The position numbers and the translations under genes were made by a program. Below, one piece after another: positions 39,314-55,597 of a stretch of 64,000 bases of DNA. The notes below the pieces were generated by a model. It had not been told where the DNA came from. It worked only from the letters and a program-made list of their open reading frames with translations, and made no database searches. The stretch comes from Escherichia coli (lineage in GTDB: Bacteria > Pseudomonadota > Gammaproteobacteria > Enterobacterales > Enterobacteriaceae), in assembly GCF_024502345.1 (NCBI RefSeq), contig NZ_JALDNN010000001.1; one strand, 5' to 3'. The stretch's first letter is position 1; every line of letters begins with the position of its first letter.

Positions 39314-40960
39314 TCAGGATTTTTTCTTCTCGCGGCTATGCAGGCCACGTTTTTCCAGACCACGGTAAATCAGCTGCTGCTGGATAATGGTTACCAGGTT
39401 GCTGACGATATAGTACAGCACCAGACCTGACGGGAACCACAGGAAGAACACGGTGAAGATGACCGGCATAAAGGTCATGATCTTCTGCTGCATCGGGTCG
39501 GTCACTGTGGTCGGCGACATCTTCTGAATGAAGAACATCGTTACGCCCATCAGGATCGGCAGGATGTAGTACGGGTCCTGTGCCGACAGGTCGTGGATCC
39601 ACAGTGCAAACGGTGCCTGACGCAGTTCAACGGAACCCATCAGCATGTAGTACAACGCCAGGAAGATTGGCATCTGGATCAGCAGCGGGAAGCAGCCGCC
39701 CAGCGGGTTAACCTTCTCAGCTTTGTACAGCGCCATCATTTCCTGGCTGATACGCTGTTTGTCATCACCCAGACGCTCACGCATTGCCTGAATCTTCGGC
39801 TGCAGCATACGCATCTTCGCCATGGAGGTGTACTGCGCTTTGGTCAGCGGGTACATGATGCCACGAACGATAAAGGTGATGATGATAATGGAGAAGCCCC
39901 AGTTACCCACAAAGCTATGGATCCATTTCAGCAGTTTGAACAGCGGCTGAGAGATGAACCACAACCAACCGTAATCAACGGTCAGATCCAGGTGCGGAGC
40001 AACAGCTGCCATTTTGTCCTGGATTTCCGGGCCAACCCACAGGGTGCTGTTCATCGCGCCAGTCTGACCAGGCTGAACCAGTACCGGCTGAGATTTATAG
40101 CCGATAGCGGCGATGCCGTTACCCAGATTAGCGGTATAGAAGTTGTTGGTACCGTCGTTATGCGGGATCCACGCCGTCGCGAAATACTGTTGCAGCATTG
40201 CCACCCAACCACCTTTCGAAGAGATGTTCAGGTTTTCGTTATCGGCAATGGTATCGAACTTGTATTTCTCGTACTTCTCGTCAGGCGTGGAGTACGCCGC
40301 GCCGCGGAAGGTGTGCAGTGCGAAGTTGCTGCTTCCGGTATCGAGATGCGGTGGCAGAGTGATGGATTGCTTCAACTGACCAAAGGTGGAGATTTCCAGC
40401 GGTTTCTCGCCAGCGTTCTGCACGTTGTAGTTGACGTTGACAGCGTAATCACCACGTTTCAGGACAAACGTTTTGGTAAACGTGTTGCCTGCCGCGTCGG
40501 TATACGTCATCGGCACCTGCAGTTCGTTTTGACCTTCAGCCAGCACATAAGCGTCTTTTTCAACGTTATACAGCGGACGCGGGCCGTTAGCCGGGTTATC
40601 CGGGCCATCACGACCGGTCAGACCGCTCTGTGCCTGATAAATAAACTGCGGTGAAGTTTCCAGCAGCTGGAACGGCTGGGTAGAGTTCAGCTCTTTCGGG
40701 TAAGCAGGCAGCAGAGCTTGCTCAACATCACCACCACGGGTGTTGATGGTCAGATCAAGCACGTCGGTCTTAACCGAGATCAGTTTCCCCTGGCCACTGG
40801 CCGGTACGCCCTGGTCGGCGGCGCTACCCGCTGCGGTGGTCGTTGTCTGCGTGGTCTGTTGGGCCTGAGGTTGCGGGTTTTTATCCTGCTCCCAGGCTTG
40901 CCAGATCATGAAAGACACGAACAGCAAAGCGATGACTAAAAGATTGCGTTGCGAATCCAT
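39314..40960 (-). CDS. yidC: Membrane protein insertase YidC
   Basis: 548-aa ORF with a large periplasmic domain and C-terminal TM core. Confidence 0.97.
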
Positions 40961-40962
40961 CG

Positions 40963-41220
40963 TTAGTGTTCTCTGGTATCAAATGGTCCGGGCGGGACGG
41001 GATCGTCACCACCAGGGTGTAAAGGGTGGCATTTTAATACGCGTTTCACCGTCAACCAACTGCCTTTTATCACTCCAAACCTGCGCAATGCCTCAATTCC
41101 GTAGCTTGAACAGGTTGGAGTGAAACGACAATGCGGCCCGAGTAGCGGACTAATCAGGCGTTGATAGACCCGAATGAGGGCTATCAGGACCCGCGAGCCA
41201 GGCGACAGTGGCGGCGCCAT
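40963..41220 (-). CDS. yidD: Membrane protein insertion efficiency factor YidD
   Basis: 85-aa ORF overlapping the rnpA 3' end. Confidence 0.9.
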
Positions 41221-41543
41221 AATTTTTCCAACGCTTCCGAGAGAGCACGGTTATCGAGGTCGGCAACCCCTTTTTTCGCCACCACCACGAAATCCATAGC
41301 CGGGAGTTCATGTTGGCGCAGACGGAAGCTTTCACGCGTCAGACGTTTAATCCGATTGCGTTCATGGGCGCGTCGAACGTTTTTCTTGGCGACTGTAAGA
41401 CCGATACGGGGATGCCCCAGCGAATTCAGGCGGCCGAGAATGGTAATTTGCGGCGTGCCAGCCCGTTGTGGCTGCTGGAAGACGAATGTGAATTGACTGG
41501 GAGTTAACAAGCGTAACTCCCTGGGAAATGCGAGCTTAACCAC
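41184..41543 (-). CDS. rnpA: RNase P protein component RnpA
   Basis: 119-aa basic ORF directly downstream of rpmH. Confidence 0.95.
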
Positions 41544-41559
41544 TCAGGGGTTAGCTTTA

Positions 41560-41712
<153 letters not shown>

Positions 41713-42088
41713 CTAAACTTGAATAAATTCAATGGCTTTATTGGATATCCGCCGAAAAATGAAACGATGGACACCGAAGCCATGGGTGATTAAAGAGGCC
41801 GGATTGTAATAATTGTACACTCCGGAGTCAATTCTCTTTCCTTATTTACCGCGCTTTTCCGCACCTTTTCGCAGGGAAAATGTACGACCTCACACCAGTG
41901 AAAACCAGCATGGCGCGCCGGGTGGAGGATTATACGGGCTGATGGGTAAAGCGCAAGGATCGTCCTGGATCTTTATTAGATCGATTAAGCCAATTTTTGT
42001 CTATGGTCATTAAATTTTCCAATATGCGGCGTAAATCGTGCCCGCCTCGCGGCAGGATCGTTTACACTTAGCGAGTTCTGGAAAGTCC

Positions 42089-42097
42089 TGTGGATAA
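42089..42097. promoter_or_regulatory. DnaA box (TGTGGATAA) in the dnaA promoter region, flanked by a GATC cluster
   Basis: Consensus 9-mer about 210 bp upstream of the dnaA start; several GATC sites at 42120-42185. Confidence 0.7.
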
Positions 42098-42306
42098 ATC
42101 GGGAAAATCTGTGAGAAACAGAAGATCTCTTGCGCAGTTTAGGCTATGATCCGCGGTCCCGATCGTTTTGCAGGATCTTGATCGGGCATATAACCGCAGA
42201 CAGCGGTTCGTGCGTCACCCTCAAGCAGGGTCTTTTCGACGTACGTCAACAATCATGAATGTTTCAGCCTTAGTCATTATCGACTTTTGTTCGAGTGGAG
42301 TCCGCC

Positions 42307-43710
42307 GTGTCACTTTCGCTTTGGCAGCAGTGTCTTGCCCGATTGCAGGATGAGTTACCAGCCACAGAATTCAGTATGTGGATACGCCCATTGCAGGCGG
42401 AACTGAGCGATAACACGCTGGCCCTGTACGCGCCAAACCGTTTTGTCCTCGATTGGGTACGGGACAAGTACCTTAATAATATCAATGGACTGCTAACCAG
42501 TTTCTGCGGAGCGGATGCCCCACAGCTGCGTTTTGAAGTCGGCACCAAACCGGTGACGCAAACGCCACAAGCGGCAGTGACGAGCAACGTCGCGGCCCCT
42601 GCACAGGTGGCGCAAACGCAGCCGCAACGTGCTGCGCCTTCTACGCGCTCAGGTTGGGATAACGTCCCGGCCCCGGCAGAACCGACCTATCGTTCTAACG
42701 TAAACGTCAAACACACGTTTGATAACTTCGTTGAAGGTAAATCTAACCAACTGGCGCGCGCGGCGGCTCGCCAGGTGGCGGATAACCCTGGCGGTGCCTA
42801 TAACCCGTTGTTCCTTTATGGCGGCACGGGTCTGGGTAAAACTCACCTGCTGCATGCGGTGGGTAACGGCATTATGGCGCGCAAGCCGAATGCCAAAGTG
42901 GTTTATATGCACTCCGAGCGCTTTGTTCAGGACATGGTTAAAGCCCTGCAAAACAACGCGATCGAAGAGTTTAAACGCTACTACCGTTCCGTAGATGCAC
43001 TGCTGATCGACGATATTCAGTTTTTTGCTAATAAAGAACGATCTCAGGAAGAGTTTTTCCATACCTTCAACGCCCTGCTGGAAGGTAATCAACAGATCAT
43101 TCTCACCTCGGATCGCTATCCGAAAGAGATCAACGGCGTTGAGGATCGTTTGAAATCCCGCTTCGGTTGGGGACTGACTGTGGCGATCGAACCGCCAGAG
43201 CTGGAAACCCGTGTGGCGATCCTGATGAAAAAGGCCGACGAAAACGACATTCGTTTGCCGGGCGAAGTGGCGTTCTTTATCGCCAAGCGTCTACGATCTA
43301 ACGTACGTGAGCTGGAAGGGGCGCTGAACCGCGTCATTGCCAATGCCAACTTTACCGGACGGGCGATCACCATCGACTTCGTGCGTGAGGCGCTGCGCGA
43401 CTTGCTGGCATTGCAGGAAAAACTGGTCACCATCGACAATATTCAGAAGACGGTGGCGGAGTACTACAAGATCAAAGTCGCGGATCTCCTTTCCAAGCGT
43501 CGATCCCGCTCGGTGGCGCGTCCGCGCCAGATGGCGATGGCGCTGGCGAAAGAGCTGACTAACCACAGTCTGCCGGAGATTGGCGATGCGTTTGGTGGTC
43601 GTGACCACACGACGGTGCTTCATGCCTGCCGTAAGATCGAGCAGTTGCGTGAAGAGAGCCACGATATCAAAGAAGATTTTTCAAATTTAATCAGAACATT
43701 GTCATCGTAA
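42307..43710 (+). CDS. dnaA: Chromosomal replication initiator DnaA
   Basis: GTG start giving [18 protein letters not shown]..., 467 aa, AAA+ Walker [11 protein letters not shown]. Confidence 0.97.
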
Positions 43711-43714
43711 ACCT

Positions 43715-44814
43715 ATGAAATTTACCGTAGAACGTGAGCATTTATTAAAACCGCTACAACAGGTGAGCGGTCCGTTAGGTGGTCGTCCTACGCTACCGAT
43801 TCTCGGTAATCTGCTGTTACAGGTTGCTGACGGTACGTTGTCGCTGACCGGTACTGATCTCGAGATGGAAATGGTGGCACGTGTTGCGCTGGTTCAGCCA
43901 CACGAGCCAGGAGCGACGACCGTTCCGGCGCGCAAATTCTTTGATATCTGCCGTGGTCTGCCTGAAGGCGCGGAAATTGCCGTGCAGCTGGAAGGTGAAC
44001 GGATGCTGGTACGCTCCGGGCGTAGCCGTTTTTCGCTGTCTACCCTGCCAGCGGCGGATTTCCCGAACCTCGATGACTGGCAGAGCGAAGTCGAATTTAC
44101 CCTGCCGCAGGCAACGATGAAGCGTCTGATTGAAGCGACCCAGTTTTCTATGGCGCATCAGGACGTTCGCTATTACTTAAATGGTATGCTGTTTGAAACC
44201 GAAGGTGAAGAACTGCGCACCGTGGCAACCGACGGCCACCGTCTGGCGGTCTGTTCAATGCCAATTGGTCAATCTTTGCCAAGCCATTCGGTGATCGTAC
44301 CGCGTAAAGGCGTGATTGAACTGATGCGTATGCTCGACGGCGGCGACAATCCGCTGCGCGTACAGATTGGCAGCAACAACATTCGCGCCCACGTTGGCGA
44401 CTTTATCTTCACCTCCAAACTGGTGGATGGTCGCTTCCCGGATTATCGCCGCGTTCTGCCGAAGAACCCGGACAAACATCTGGAAGCTGGCTGCGATCTG
44501 CTCAAGCAGGCGTTTGCTCGCGCGGCGATTCTCTCTAACGAGAAATTCCGCGGCGTACGTCTTTATGTCAGCGAAAACCAGCTGAAAATCACCGCCAACA
44601 ACCCGGAACAGGAAGAAGCGGAAGAGATCCTCGACGTTACCTATAGCGGTGCGGAGATGGAAATCGGCTTCAACGTCAGCTACGTGCTGGATGTTCTGAA
44701 CGCGCTGAAATGTGAAAACGTCCGCATGATGCTGACCGATTCGGTTTCCAGCGTGCAGATTGAAGATGCGGCCAGCCAGAGCGCGGCTTATGTTGTCATG
44801 CCAATGAGACTGTA

Positions 44815-44815
<1 letters not shown>
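43715..44815 (+). CDS. dnaN: DNA polymerase III beta sliding clamp
   Basis: 366-aa [40 protein letters not shown]... Confidence 0.98.
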
Positions 44816-48331
<3,516 letters not shown>

Positions 48332-48352
48332 TGGCGCTAACCATGCGAGCGT

Positions 48353-48381
48353 GCCTGATGCGCTACGCTTATCAGGCCTAC
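48353..48381. repeat. REP element downstream of gyrB
   Basis: GCCTGATGCGCTACGCTTATCAGGCCTAC. Confidence 0.65.
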
Positions 48382-48416
48382 GAAAATCTTGCAATGTATT
48401 GAATTTTCATGATTTT

Positions 48417-48450
48417 GTAGGCCGGATAAGGCGTTCACGCCGCATCCGGC
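48417..48450. repeat. REP element downstream of gyrB (second unit)
   Basis: GTAGGCCGGATAAGGCGTTCACGCCGCATCCGGC. Confidence 0.65.
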
Positions 48451-48463
48451 AAGAAGCTATAAG

Positions 48464-48496
48464 AAAAGGGCGGAGATCATCTCCGCCCTTTTTATT
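48464..48496 (+). terminator. Rho-independent terminator after gyrB
   Basis: GGGCGGAGAT-c-ATCTCCGCCC hairpin followed by TTTTTATTT. Confidence 0.6.
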
Positions 48497-48570
48497 TCTG
48501 CAATCCGCAATTATCATCCCGCAAATCTATACTTTTTGGGTCAACACGTAACGCTTTACAGGTGATTATC

Positions 48571-48969
48571 ATGGGGCTTTTTGATGAAGTTGTCGGTGCC
48601 TTTCTGAAAGGCGATGCGGGGAAATATCAGGCTATTTTAAGTTGGGTTGAGGAGCAGGGCGGCATTCAGGTGCTGCTGGAAAAACTGCAAAGTGGCGGCT
48701 TAGGGGCCATTCTCTCAACCTGGCTGAGTAATCAACAGGGCAATCAATCGGTTAGTGGCGAGCAACTGGAATCGGCGCTCGGCACAAATGCGGTGTCCGA
48801 TCTCGGGCAAAAACTTGGCGTGGATACCAGTACAGCTTCCAGTTTACTGGCAGAGCAATTGCCGAAGATTATTGATGCGCTCTCACCGCAAGGTGAAGTG
48901 TCACCACAAGCCAATAACGATCTGCTTTCCGCAGGTATGGAACTGCTGAAAGGGAAACTCTTCCGCTAA
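48571..48969 (+). CDS. yidB: Conserved protein YidB (DUF937)
   Basis: ORF 48562-48969; start set to the ATG giving MGLFDEVVGAFLKGDAG... Confidence 0.85.
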   Translation: MGLFDEVVGAFLKGDAGKYQAILSWVEEQGGIQVLLEKLQSGGLGAILSTWLSNQQGNQSVSGEQLESALGTNAVSDLGQKLGVDTSTASSLLAEQLPKIIDALSPQGEVSPQANNDLLSAGMELLKGKLFR

Positions 48970-49083
48970 GCAAATGGGGAGCATGCAACCCGCGTTGCAT
49001 CCCCCTTTTCCCTCGGGTGTTGTACTGATTTTTGAGCGGAATCGCGTTAGCATGGGTCAGGAACCAATCTACCTGGGGAACTC

Positions 49084-49896
49084 ATGGCTATCAAACTCAT
49101 TGCTATCGATATGGATGGCACCCTTCTGCTGCCCGATCACACCATTTCACCCGCCGTTAAAAATGCGATTGCCGCAGCTCGCGCCCGTGGCGTGAATGTC
49201 GTGCTAACGACGGGTCGCCCGTATGCAGGTGTGCACAACTACCTGAAAGAGCTGCATATGGAACAGCCGGGCGACTACTGCATTACTTATAACGGCGCGC
49301 TAGTACAGAAGGCCGCTGATGGTAGCACCGTGGCGCAAACTGCTCTCAGCTATGACGACTATCGTTTCCTGGAAAAACTCTCTCGCGAAGTCGGTTCTCA
49401 TTTCCACGCCCTGGACCGCACCACGCTGTACACCGCCAACCGTGATATCAGCTACTACACGGTGCATGAATCCTTCGTTGCCACCATTCCGCTGGTGTTC
49501 TGCGAAGCGGAGAAAATGGACCCCAATACCCAGTTCCTGAAAGTGATGATGATTGATGAACCCGCCATCCTCGACCAGGCTATCGCGCGTATTCCGCAGG
49601 AAGTGAAAGAGAAATATACCGTGCTGAAAAGTGCGCCGTACTTCCTCGAAATCCTCGATAAACGCGTTAACAAAGGTACGGGGGTGAAATCACTGGCCGA
49701 CGTGTTAGGTATTAAACCGGAAGAAATCATGGCGATTGGCGATCAGGAAAACGATATCGCAATGATTGAATATGCAGGCGTCGGTGTGGCGATGGATAAC
49801 GCTATTCCTTCGGTGAAAGAAGTGGCGAACTTTGTCACCAAATCTAACCTTGAAGATGGCGTGGCGTTTGCTATTGAGAAGTATGTGCTGAATTAA
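49084..49896 (+). CDS. yidA: HAD-family sugar phosphatase YidA (Cof subfamily)
   Basis: 270-aa ORF with the HAD motif IAIDMDGTLL. Confidence 0.93.
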   Translation: MAIKLIAIDMDGTLLLPDHTISPAVKNAIAAARARGVNVVLTTGRPYAGVHNYLKELHMEQPGDYCITYNGALVQKAADGSTVAQTALSYDDYRFLEKLSREVGSHFHALDRTTLYTANRDISYYTVHESFVATIPLVFCEAEKMDPNTQFLKVMMIDEPAILDQAIARIPQEVKEKYTVLKSAPYFLEILDKRVNKGTGVKSLADVLGIKPEEIMAIGDQENDIAMIEYAGVGVAMDNAIPSVKEVANFVTKSNLEDGVAFAIEKYVLN

Positions 49897-49941
49897 TCTG
49901 TGGGCGGGCAAACAGCATGAATGCGTTTGCCCGCTTACTGA

Positions 49942-50598
49942 TTATTGGTTTACTGCATATACAACCAGAAATTGCAGCGGTGCAGTAATGATGTCCAGCG
50001 TAACAGTCACTGGCAGTAATGCTGCGGAAACACCATCCGGAATGCCTCTGGGTGAATAGTATTCATAAAATCGCACTTTAAATGGATGGTAGAACGCCAT
50101 CACCTTTGAGTAATCCATGTTTTTATTTTTCTCATGGATTGTGCCTTTTAGGTTTTCCAGTGACCTGGTACAGTGTTGAACACCACAGGCAAAACCATAA
50201 TGCGTTGCCAGTGCCTTTTCTTCTTCGTTATTCCAGTAGTAGTAAAGCGATATTGTGCCGGTAAATTTCTTTTTCCCCGCATTTAAAACAAATCTTGCGT
50301 CATCGGCAACCTGAATATTGTGCCGGTTAAGTGCTGGATCATTGAGCATCTTAACGATGTCATCGGCACCATCAGTGATAAGGTAATCCAGCGATTCCCC
50401 TACAAAAACATAGCCTTTTGTTCCATTACTATCTTTTGCCTGCGATAGCCCAGTGATGGTGTCTGACTGCGATTGATACTTTCCTGAACTACCCTTTGCG
50501 GTATGGGAAACCAGAGCATACGAGATACAGCCTGAAAGCATCAGCGCCAGTGGGAATAAACCGGCAGCCTTAAAAAATCCCTTAAAATTCAACTTCAT
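49942..50598 (-). CDS. yidX: Putative lipoprotein YidX
   Basis: ORF 49942-50703; start set to the Met giving [24 protein letters not shown] (lipobox LSGC). Confidence 0.8.
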
Positions 50599-50874
50599 GA
50601 TTAATCCTTTAAACGAGTAGCTAAGCCGTTGAAAGCATACTCTTCTTTCCCTCCTGTTTAGCGCCTGATATCCCTTTTCAGATTTCTGCCCGACGCATGT
50701 CATTTTTTATGCATTGTTCTTTTTGTGATCTAAATTGTAGTACAACAATATAAGTTTGTACTACATTACGCACACGGCAAACGCGAACGTCATCACGCTG
50801 GTACTACAAAGTTGCCGCGTTATGCATCGATCGGGGTAAAGTAGAGAAGAACATACAGAGCACAAGGACTCTCC

Positions 50875-51564
50875 ATGACTCTCAATAAAACCGATCGCAT
50901 TGTCATTACGCTGGGTAAACAGATCGTTCACGGCAAATACGTACCTGGCTCGCCACTTCCGGCTGAGGCGGAGCTCTGTGAAGAGTTTGCAACCTCGCGC
51001 AACATCATCCGTGAGGTGTTCCGTTCGTTGATGGCGAAACGGCTGATTGAAATGAAACGTTATCGCGGCGCGTTTGTGGCACCGCGTAACCAGTGGAATT
51101 ACCTCGACACTGACGTACTGCAATGGGTGCTGGAAAACGACTACGACCCACGGCTTATCAGTGCCATGAGCGAAGTGCGAAATCTGGTGGAACCGGCGAT
51201 TGCCCGTTGGGCAGCAGAGCGCGCGACCTCCAGCGATCTGGCGCAGATTGAATCGGCGCTGAACGAGATGATTGCCAACAATCAGGACCGCGAAGCGTTT
51301 AACGAAGCGGATATTCGCTACCACGAGGCGGTGCTGCAGTCGGTGCATAACCCGGTGTTACAGCAACTTAGCATTGCGATCAGTTCGCTGCAGCGGGCGG
51401 TTTTTGAACGAACCTGGATGGGCGATGAGGCCAACATGCCGCAAACGCTCCAGGAACATAAGGCGCTGTTCGATGCGATACGGCATCAGGACGGCGATGC
51501 GGCAGAGCAGGCGGCGCTTACCATGATCGCCAGCTCGACACGAAGGTTAAAGGAAATCACATGA
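50875..51564 (+). CDS. dgoR: GntR/FadR-family repressor of the D-galactonate operon
   Basis: 229-aa ORF with GntR HTH and FCD domain, first gene of the dgo cluster. Confidence 0.93.
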   Translation: MTLNKTDRIVITLGKQIVHGKYVPGSPLPAEAELCEEFATSRNIIREVFRSLMAKRLIEMKRYRGAFVAPRNQWNYLDTDVLQWVLENDYDPRLISAMSEVRNLVEPAIARWAAERATSSDLAQIESALNEMIANNQDREAFNEADIRYHEAVLQSVHNPVLQQLSIAISSLQRAVFERTWMGDEANMPQTLQEHKALFDAIRHQDGDAAEQAALTMIASSTRRLKEIT

Positions 51565-52439
51565 CAGCTCGCTACATCGCAATTGACTGGGGATCGACCA
51601 ATCTGCGCGCCTGGCTTTATCAGGGCGACCACTGCCTGGAGAGCAGGCAATCAGAAGCAGGCGTCACGCGCCTGAACGGAAAATCTCCGGCTGCGGTGTT
51701 AGCAGAAGTCACGACCGACTGGCGTGAAGAGAATACGCCAGTGGTAATGGCAGGAATGGTCGGCAGCAATGTCGGCTGGAAAGTTGCTCCGTATTTATCT
51801 GTTCCTGCCCGTTTTTCGTCTATTGGCGAACAATTAACGTCTGTTGGCGACAATATCTGGATTATTCCCGGATTATGCGTCTCTCATGACGATAACCACA
51901 ATGTGATGCGCGGCGAAGAAACACAATTGATCGGCGCGCGAGCTCTGGCTCCTTCCTCTCTTTATGTTATGCCCGGTACGCATTGCAAATGGGTGCAGGC
52001 CGATAGCCAGCAAATCAACGATTTTCGCACCGTGATGACCGGTGAACTACATCATTTACTGTTAAATCACTCATTGATTGGCGCAGGTTTGCCGCCGCAG
52101 GAAAACTCTGCCGATGCCTTCGCGGCTGGCCTTGAGCGCGGCCTTAATGCGCCCGCCATATTGCCGCAGCTTTTTGAAGTTCGCGCCTCGCATGTGCTGG
52201 GAACACTTCCCCGCGAACAGGTCAGCGAATTTCTCTCTGGTTTGTTGATTGGCGCAGAGGTTGCCAGTATGCGCGACTATGTGACCCATCAACACGCCAT
52301 CACCCTTGTCGCCGGAACATCGCTGACCGCGCGCTACCAGCAAGCCTTTCAGGCGATGGGTTGCGACGTGACGGCGGTGGCGGGCGACACGGCATTTCAG
52401 GCTGGTATAAGGAGCATCGCTCATGCAGTGGCAAACTAA
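51561..52439 (+). CDS. dgoK: 2-dehydro-3-deoxygalactonokinase
   Basis: 292-aa ORF overlapping dgoR and dgoA. Confidence 0.93.
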   Translation: MTARYIAIDWGSTNLRAWLYQGDHCLESRQSEAGVTRLNGKSPAAVLAEVTTDWREENTPVVMAGMVGSNVGWKVAPYLSVPARFSSIGEQLTSVGDNIWIIPGLCVSHDDNHNVMRGEETQLIGARALAPSSLYVMPGTHCKWVQADSQQINDFRTVMTGELHHLLLNHSLIGAGLPPQENSADAFAAGLERGLNAPAILPQLFEVRASHVLGTLPREQVSEFLSGLLIGAEVASMRDYVTHQHAITLVAGTSLTARYQQAFQAMGCDVTAVAGDTAFQAGIRSIAHAVAN

Positions 52440-53040
52440 ACTTCCGCTGATCGCCATTTTGCGCGGCATTAAGCCCGACGAGGCGCTGGCGCATGTTGGC
52501 GCGGTGATTGACGCCGGGTTCGACGCGGTTGAAATCCCGCTGAATTCCCCACAATGGGAGCAAAGCATTCCCGCCATCGTTGATGCGTATGGCGACAAGG
52601 CGTTGATTGGCGCAGGTACGGTACTGAAACCTGAACAGGTCGATGCGCTCGCCAGGATGGGCTGTCAGCTCATCGTTACGCCCAATATCCATAGTGAAGT
52701 GATCCGCCGTGCGGTGGGCTACGGCATGACCGTCTGCCCCGGCTGCGCGACGGCGACCGAAGCCTTTACCGCGCTCGAAGCGGGCGCGCAGGCGCTGAAA
52801 ATATTTCCGTCATCGGCTTTTGGTCCGCAATACATCAAAGCGTTAAAAGCGGTATTGCCATCGGACATCGCAGTCTTTGCCGTTGGCGGCGTGACGCCAG
52901 AAAACCTGGCGCAGTGGATAGACGCAGGTTGTGCTGGGGCGGGCTTAGGCAGCGATCTCTATCGCGCCGGGCAGTCCGTAGAACGCACCGCGCAGCAGGC
53001 AGCAGCATTTGTTAAGGCGTATCGAGAGGCAGTGCAATGA
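52423..53040 (+). CDS. dgoA: 2-dehydro-3-deoxy-6-phosphogalactonate aldolase
   Basis: 205-aa ORF of the KDPG/KHG aldolase family. Confidence 0.93.
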
Positions 53041-54185
53041 AAATCACCAAAATTACCACGTATCGTTTACCTCCCCGCTGGATGTTCCTAAAAATTGAAA
53101 CCGATGAAGGCGTGGTCGGTTGGGGCGAGCCCGTGATTGAAGGCCGCGCCCGTACGGTGGAAGCGGCAGTTCACGAGCTGGGTGACTATTTGATTGGTCA
53201 GGATCCTTCGCGCATCAATGACTTATGGCAAGTGATGTATCGCGCCGGATTTTATCGTGGCGGTCCAATCCTGATGAGCGCCATTGCCGGGATCGACCAG
53301 GCGTTATGGGATATCAAAGGCAAAGTGCTGAATGCGCCGGTCTGGCAACTGATGGGCGGCCTGGTTCGCGACAAAATTAAAGCCTACAGTTGGGTCGGCG
53401 GCGATCGTCCGGCGGATGTTATCGACGGCATTAAAACCCTGCGCGAAATCGGCTTCGATACCTTCAAACTGAACGGTTGTGAAGAACTGGGGCTAATTGA
53501 TAACTCCCGCGCGGTAGATGCGGCAGTCAACACCGTGGCACAAATTCGTGAAGCTTTTGGCAATCAGATTGAGTTTGGTCTTGATTTCCACGGTCGCGTC
53601 AGCGCGCCAATGGCGAAAGTGCTGATTAAAGAACTGGAGCCGTATCGCCCGCTGTTTATTGAAGAGCCGGTGCTGGCGGAACAAGCCGAATACTACCCGA
53701 AATTGGCGGCACAAACGCATATTCCACTGGCGGCGGGTGAGCGCATGTTCTCACGTTTCGATTTTAAACGCGTGCTGGAGGCAGGCGGTATTTCGATTCT
53801 GCAACCGGATCTCTCCCATGCAGGCGGTATTACCGAATGCTACAAAATTGCTGGAATGGCAGAAGCCTATGATGTGACCCTTGCGCCGCACTGTCCGCTC
53901 GGACCGATTGCACTGGCGGCTTGCCTGCATATCGACTTTGTTTCCTATAACGCGGTACTTCAGGAACAAAGTATGGGCATTCATTACAACAAAGGCGCGG
54001 AGTTACTCGACTTTGTGAAAAACAAAGAAGACTTCAGTATGGTTGGCGGCTTCTTTAAACCGTTAACGAAACCGGGCTTAGGTGTGGAAATCGACGAAGC
54101 TAAAGTTATTGAGTTCAGTAAAAATGCCCCGGACTGGCGTAATCCGCTCTGGCGTCATGAAGATAACAGCGTAGCAGAGTGGTAA
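53037..54185 (+). CDS. dgoD: D-galactonate dehydratase
   Basis: 382-aa enolase-superfamily ORF. Confidence 0.95.
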
Positions 54186-54304
54186 TTCCTGCCACGTAAG
54201 CCCCTCATCGGGCACTAAAACAGCAATACAAAAATATAACCCTCTGTAAATTACAGGGCATGGTGAGCGGCTTCGCTATGCCCAAAATCTGGAGAAAGCT
54301 CGCT

Positions 54305-55597
54305 ATGGATATTCCCGTTAATGCAGCAAAGCCGGGGCGTCGGCGTTATCTGACGCTGGTGATGATCTTTATTACGGTGGTCATTTGTTATGTTGACCGC
54401 GCTAACCTGGCCGTGGCTTCCGCCCATATTCAGGAAGAGTTCGGCATTACGAAAGCGGAAATGGGCTATGTATTTTCGGCCTTCGCCTGGCTTTATACGC
54501 TATGCCAGATCCCCGGCGGTTGGTTTTTAGATCGCGTAGGTTCTCGCGTGACTTATTTTATTGCGATATTTGGTTGGTCAGTGGCGACTTTATTCCAGGG
54601 CTTTGCCACGGGATTAATGTCATTAATTGGTCTGCGTGCGATAACCGGTATTTTCGAAGCGCCCGCTTTCCCGACCAATAACCGGATGGTGACCAGCTGG
54701 TTCCCGGAACATGAACGCGCTTCCGCCGTTGGTTTTTATACGTCTGGTCAGTTTGTCGGTCTGGCGTTTTTGACTCCGCTGCTGATCTGGATTCAGGAGA
54801 TGTTGAGCTGGCACTGGGTGTTCATTGTCACTGGTGGTATCGGCATTATCTGGTCGCTGATTTGGTTTAAGGTTTATCAGCCGCCGCGCCTGACCAAAGG
54901 TATCAGCAAAGCTGAACTGGATTACATTCGTGATGGCGGCGGTCTGGTGGATGGTGATGCGCCGGTGAAGAAAGAGGCGCGTCAGCCGTTAACAGCCAAA
55001 GACTGGAAACTGGTGTTCCATCGTAAACTGATCGGCGTTTATCTTGGGCAATTTGCGGTGGCTTCTACACTGTGGTTTTTCTTAACCTGGTTCCCGAACT
55101 ATTTAACCCAGGAAAAAGGAATCACGGCGCTGAAAGCAGGCTTTATGACCACGGTGCCATTCCTCGCGGCGTTTGTCGGCGTCCTGCTCTCTGGCTGGGT
55201 AGCGGATCTGCTGGTACGTAAGGGCTTTTCACTGGGCTTTGCGCGTAAAACGCCGATTATCTGCGGCTTGCTGATCTCCACCTGCATTATGGGCGCTAAC
55301 TACACTAACGATCCGATGATGATTATGTGCCTGATGGCGCTGGCATTCTTCGGTAACGGTTTTGCTTCGATTACCTGGTCGCTGGTTTCTTCTCTGGCAC
55401 CGATGCGCCTGATTGGTTTAACCGGCGGCGTGTTTAACTTCGCCGGTGGTCTGGGCGGCATCACCGTTCCGCTGGTGGTGGGGTACCTGGCGCAGGGTTA
55501 CGGTTTCGCACCTGCACTGGTTTATATCTCCGCCGTCGCGTTGATTGGCGCGCTCTCTTATATCCTGCTGGTGGGCGATGTGAAGCGCGTTGGCTAA
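54305..55597 (+). CDS. dgoT: D-galactonate:H+ symporter (MFS)
   Basis: ORF 54260-55597; start set to the Met giving [22 protein letters not shown]... Confidence 0.93.
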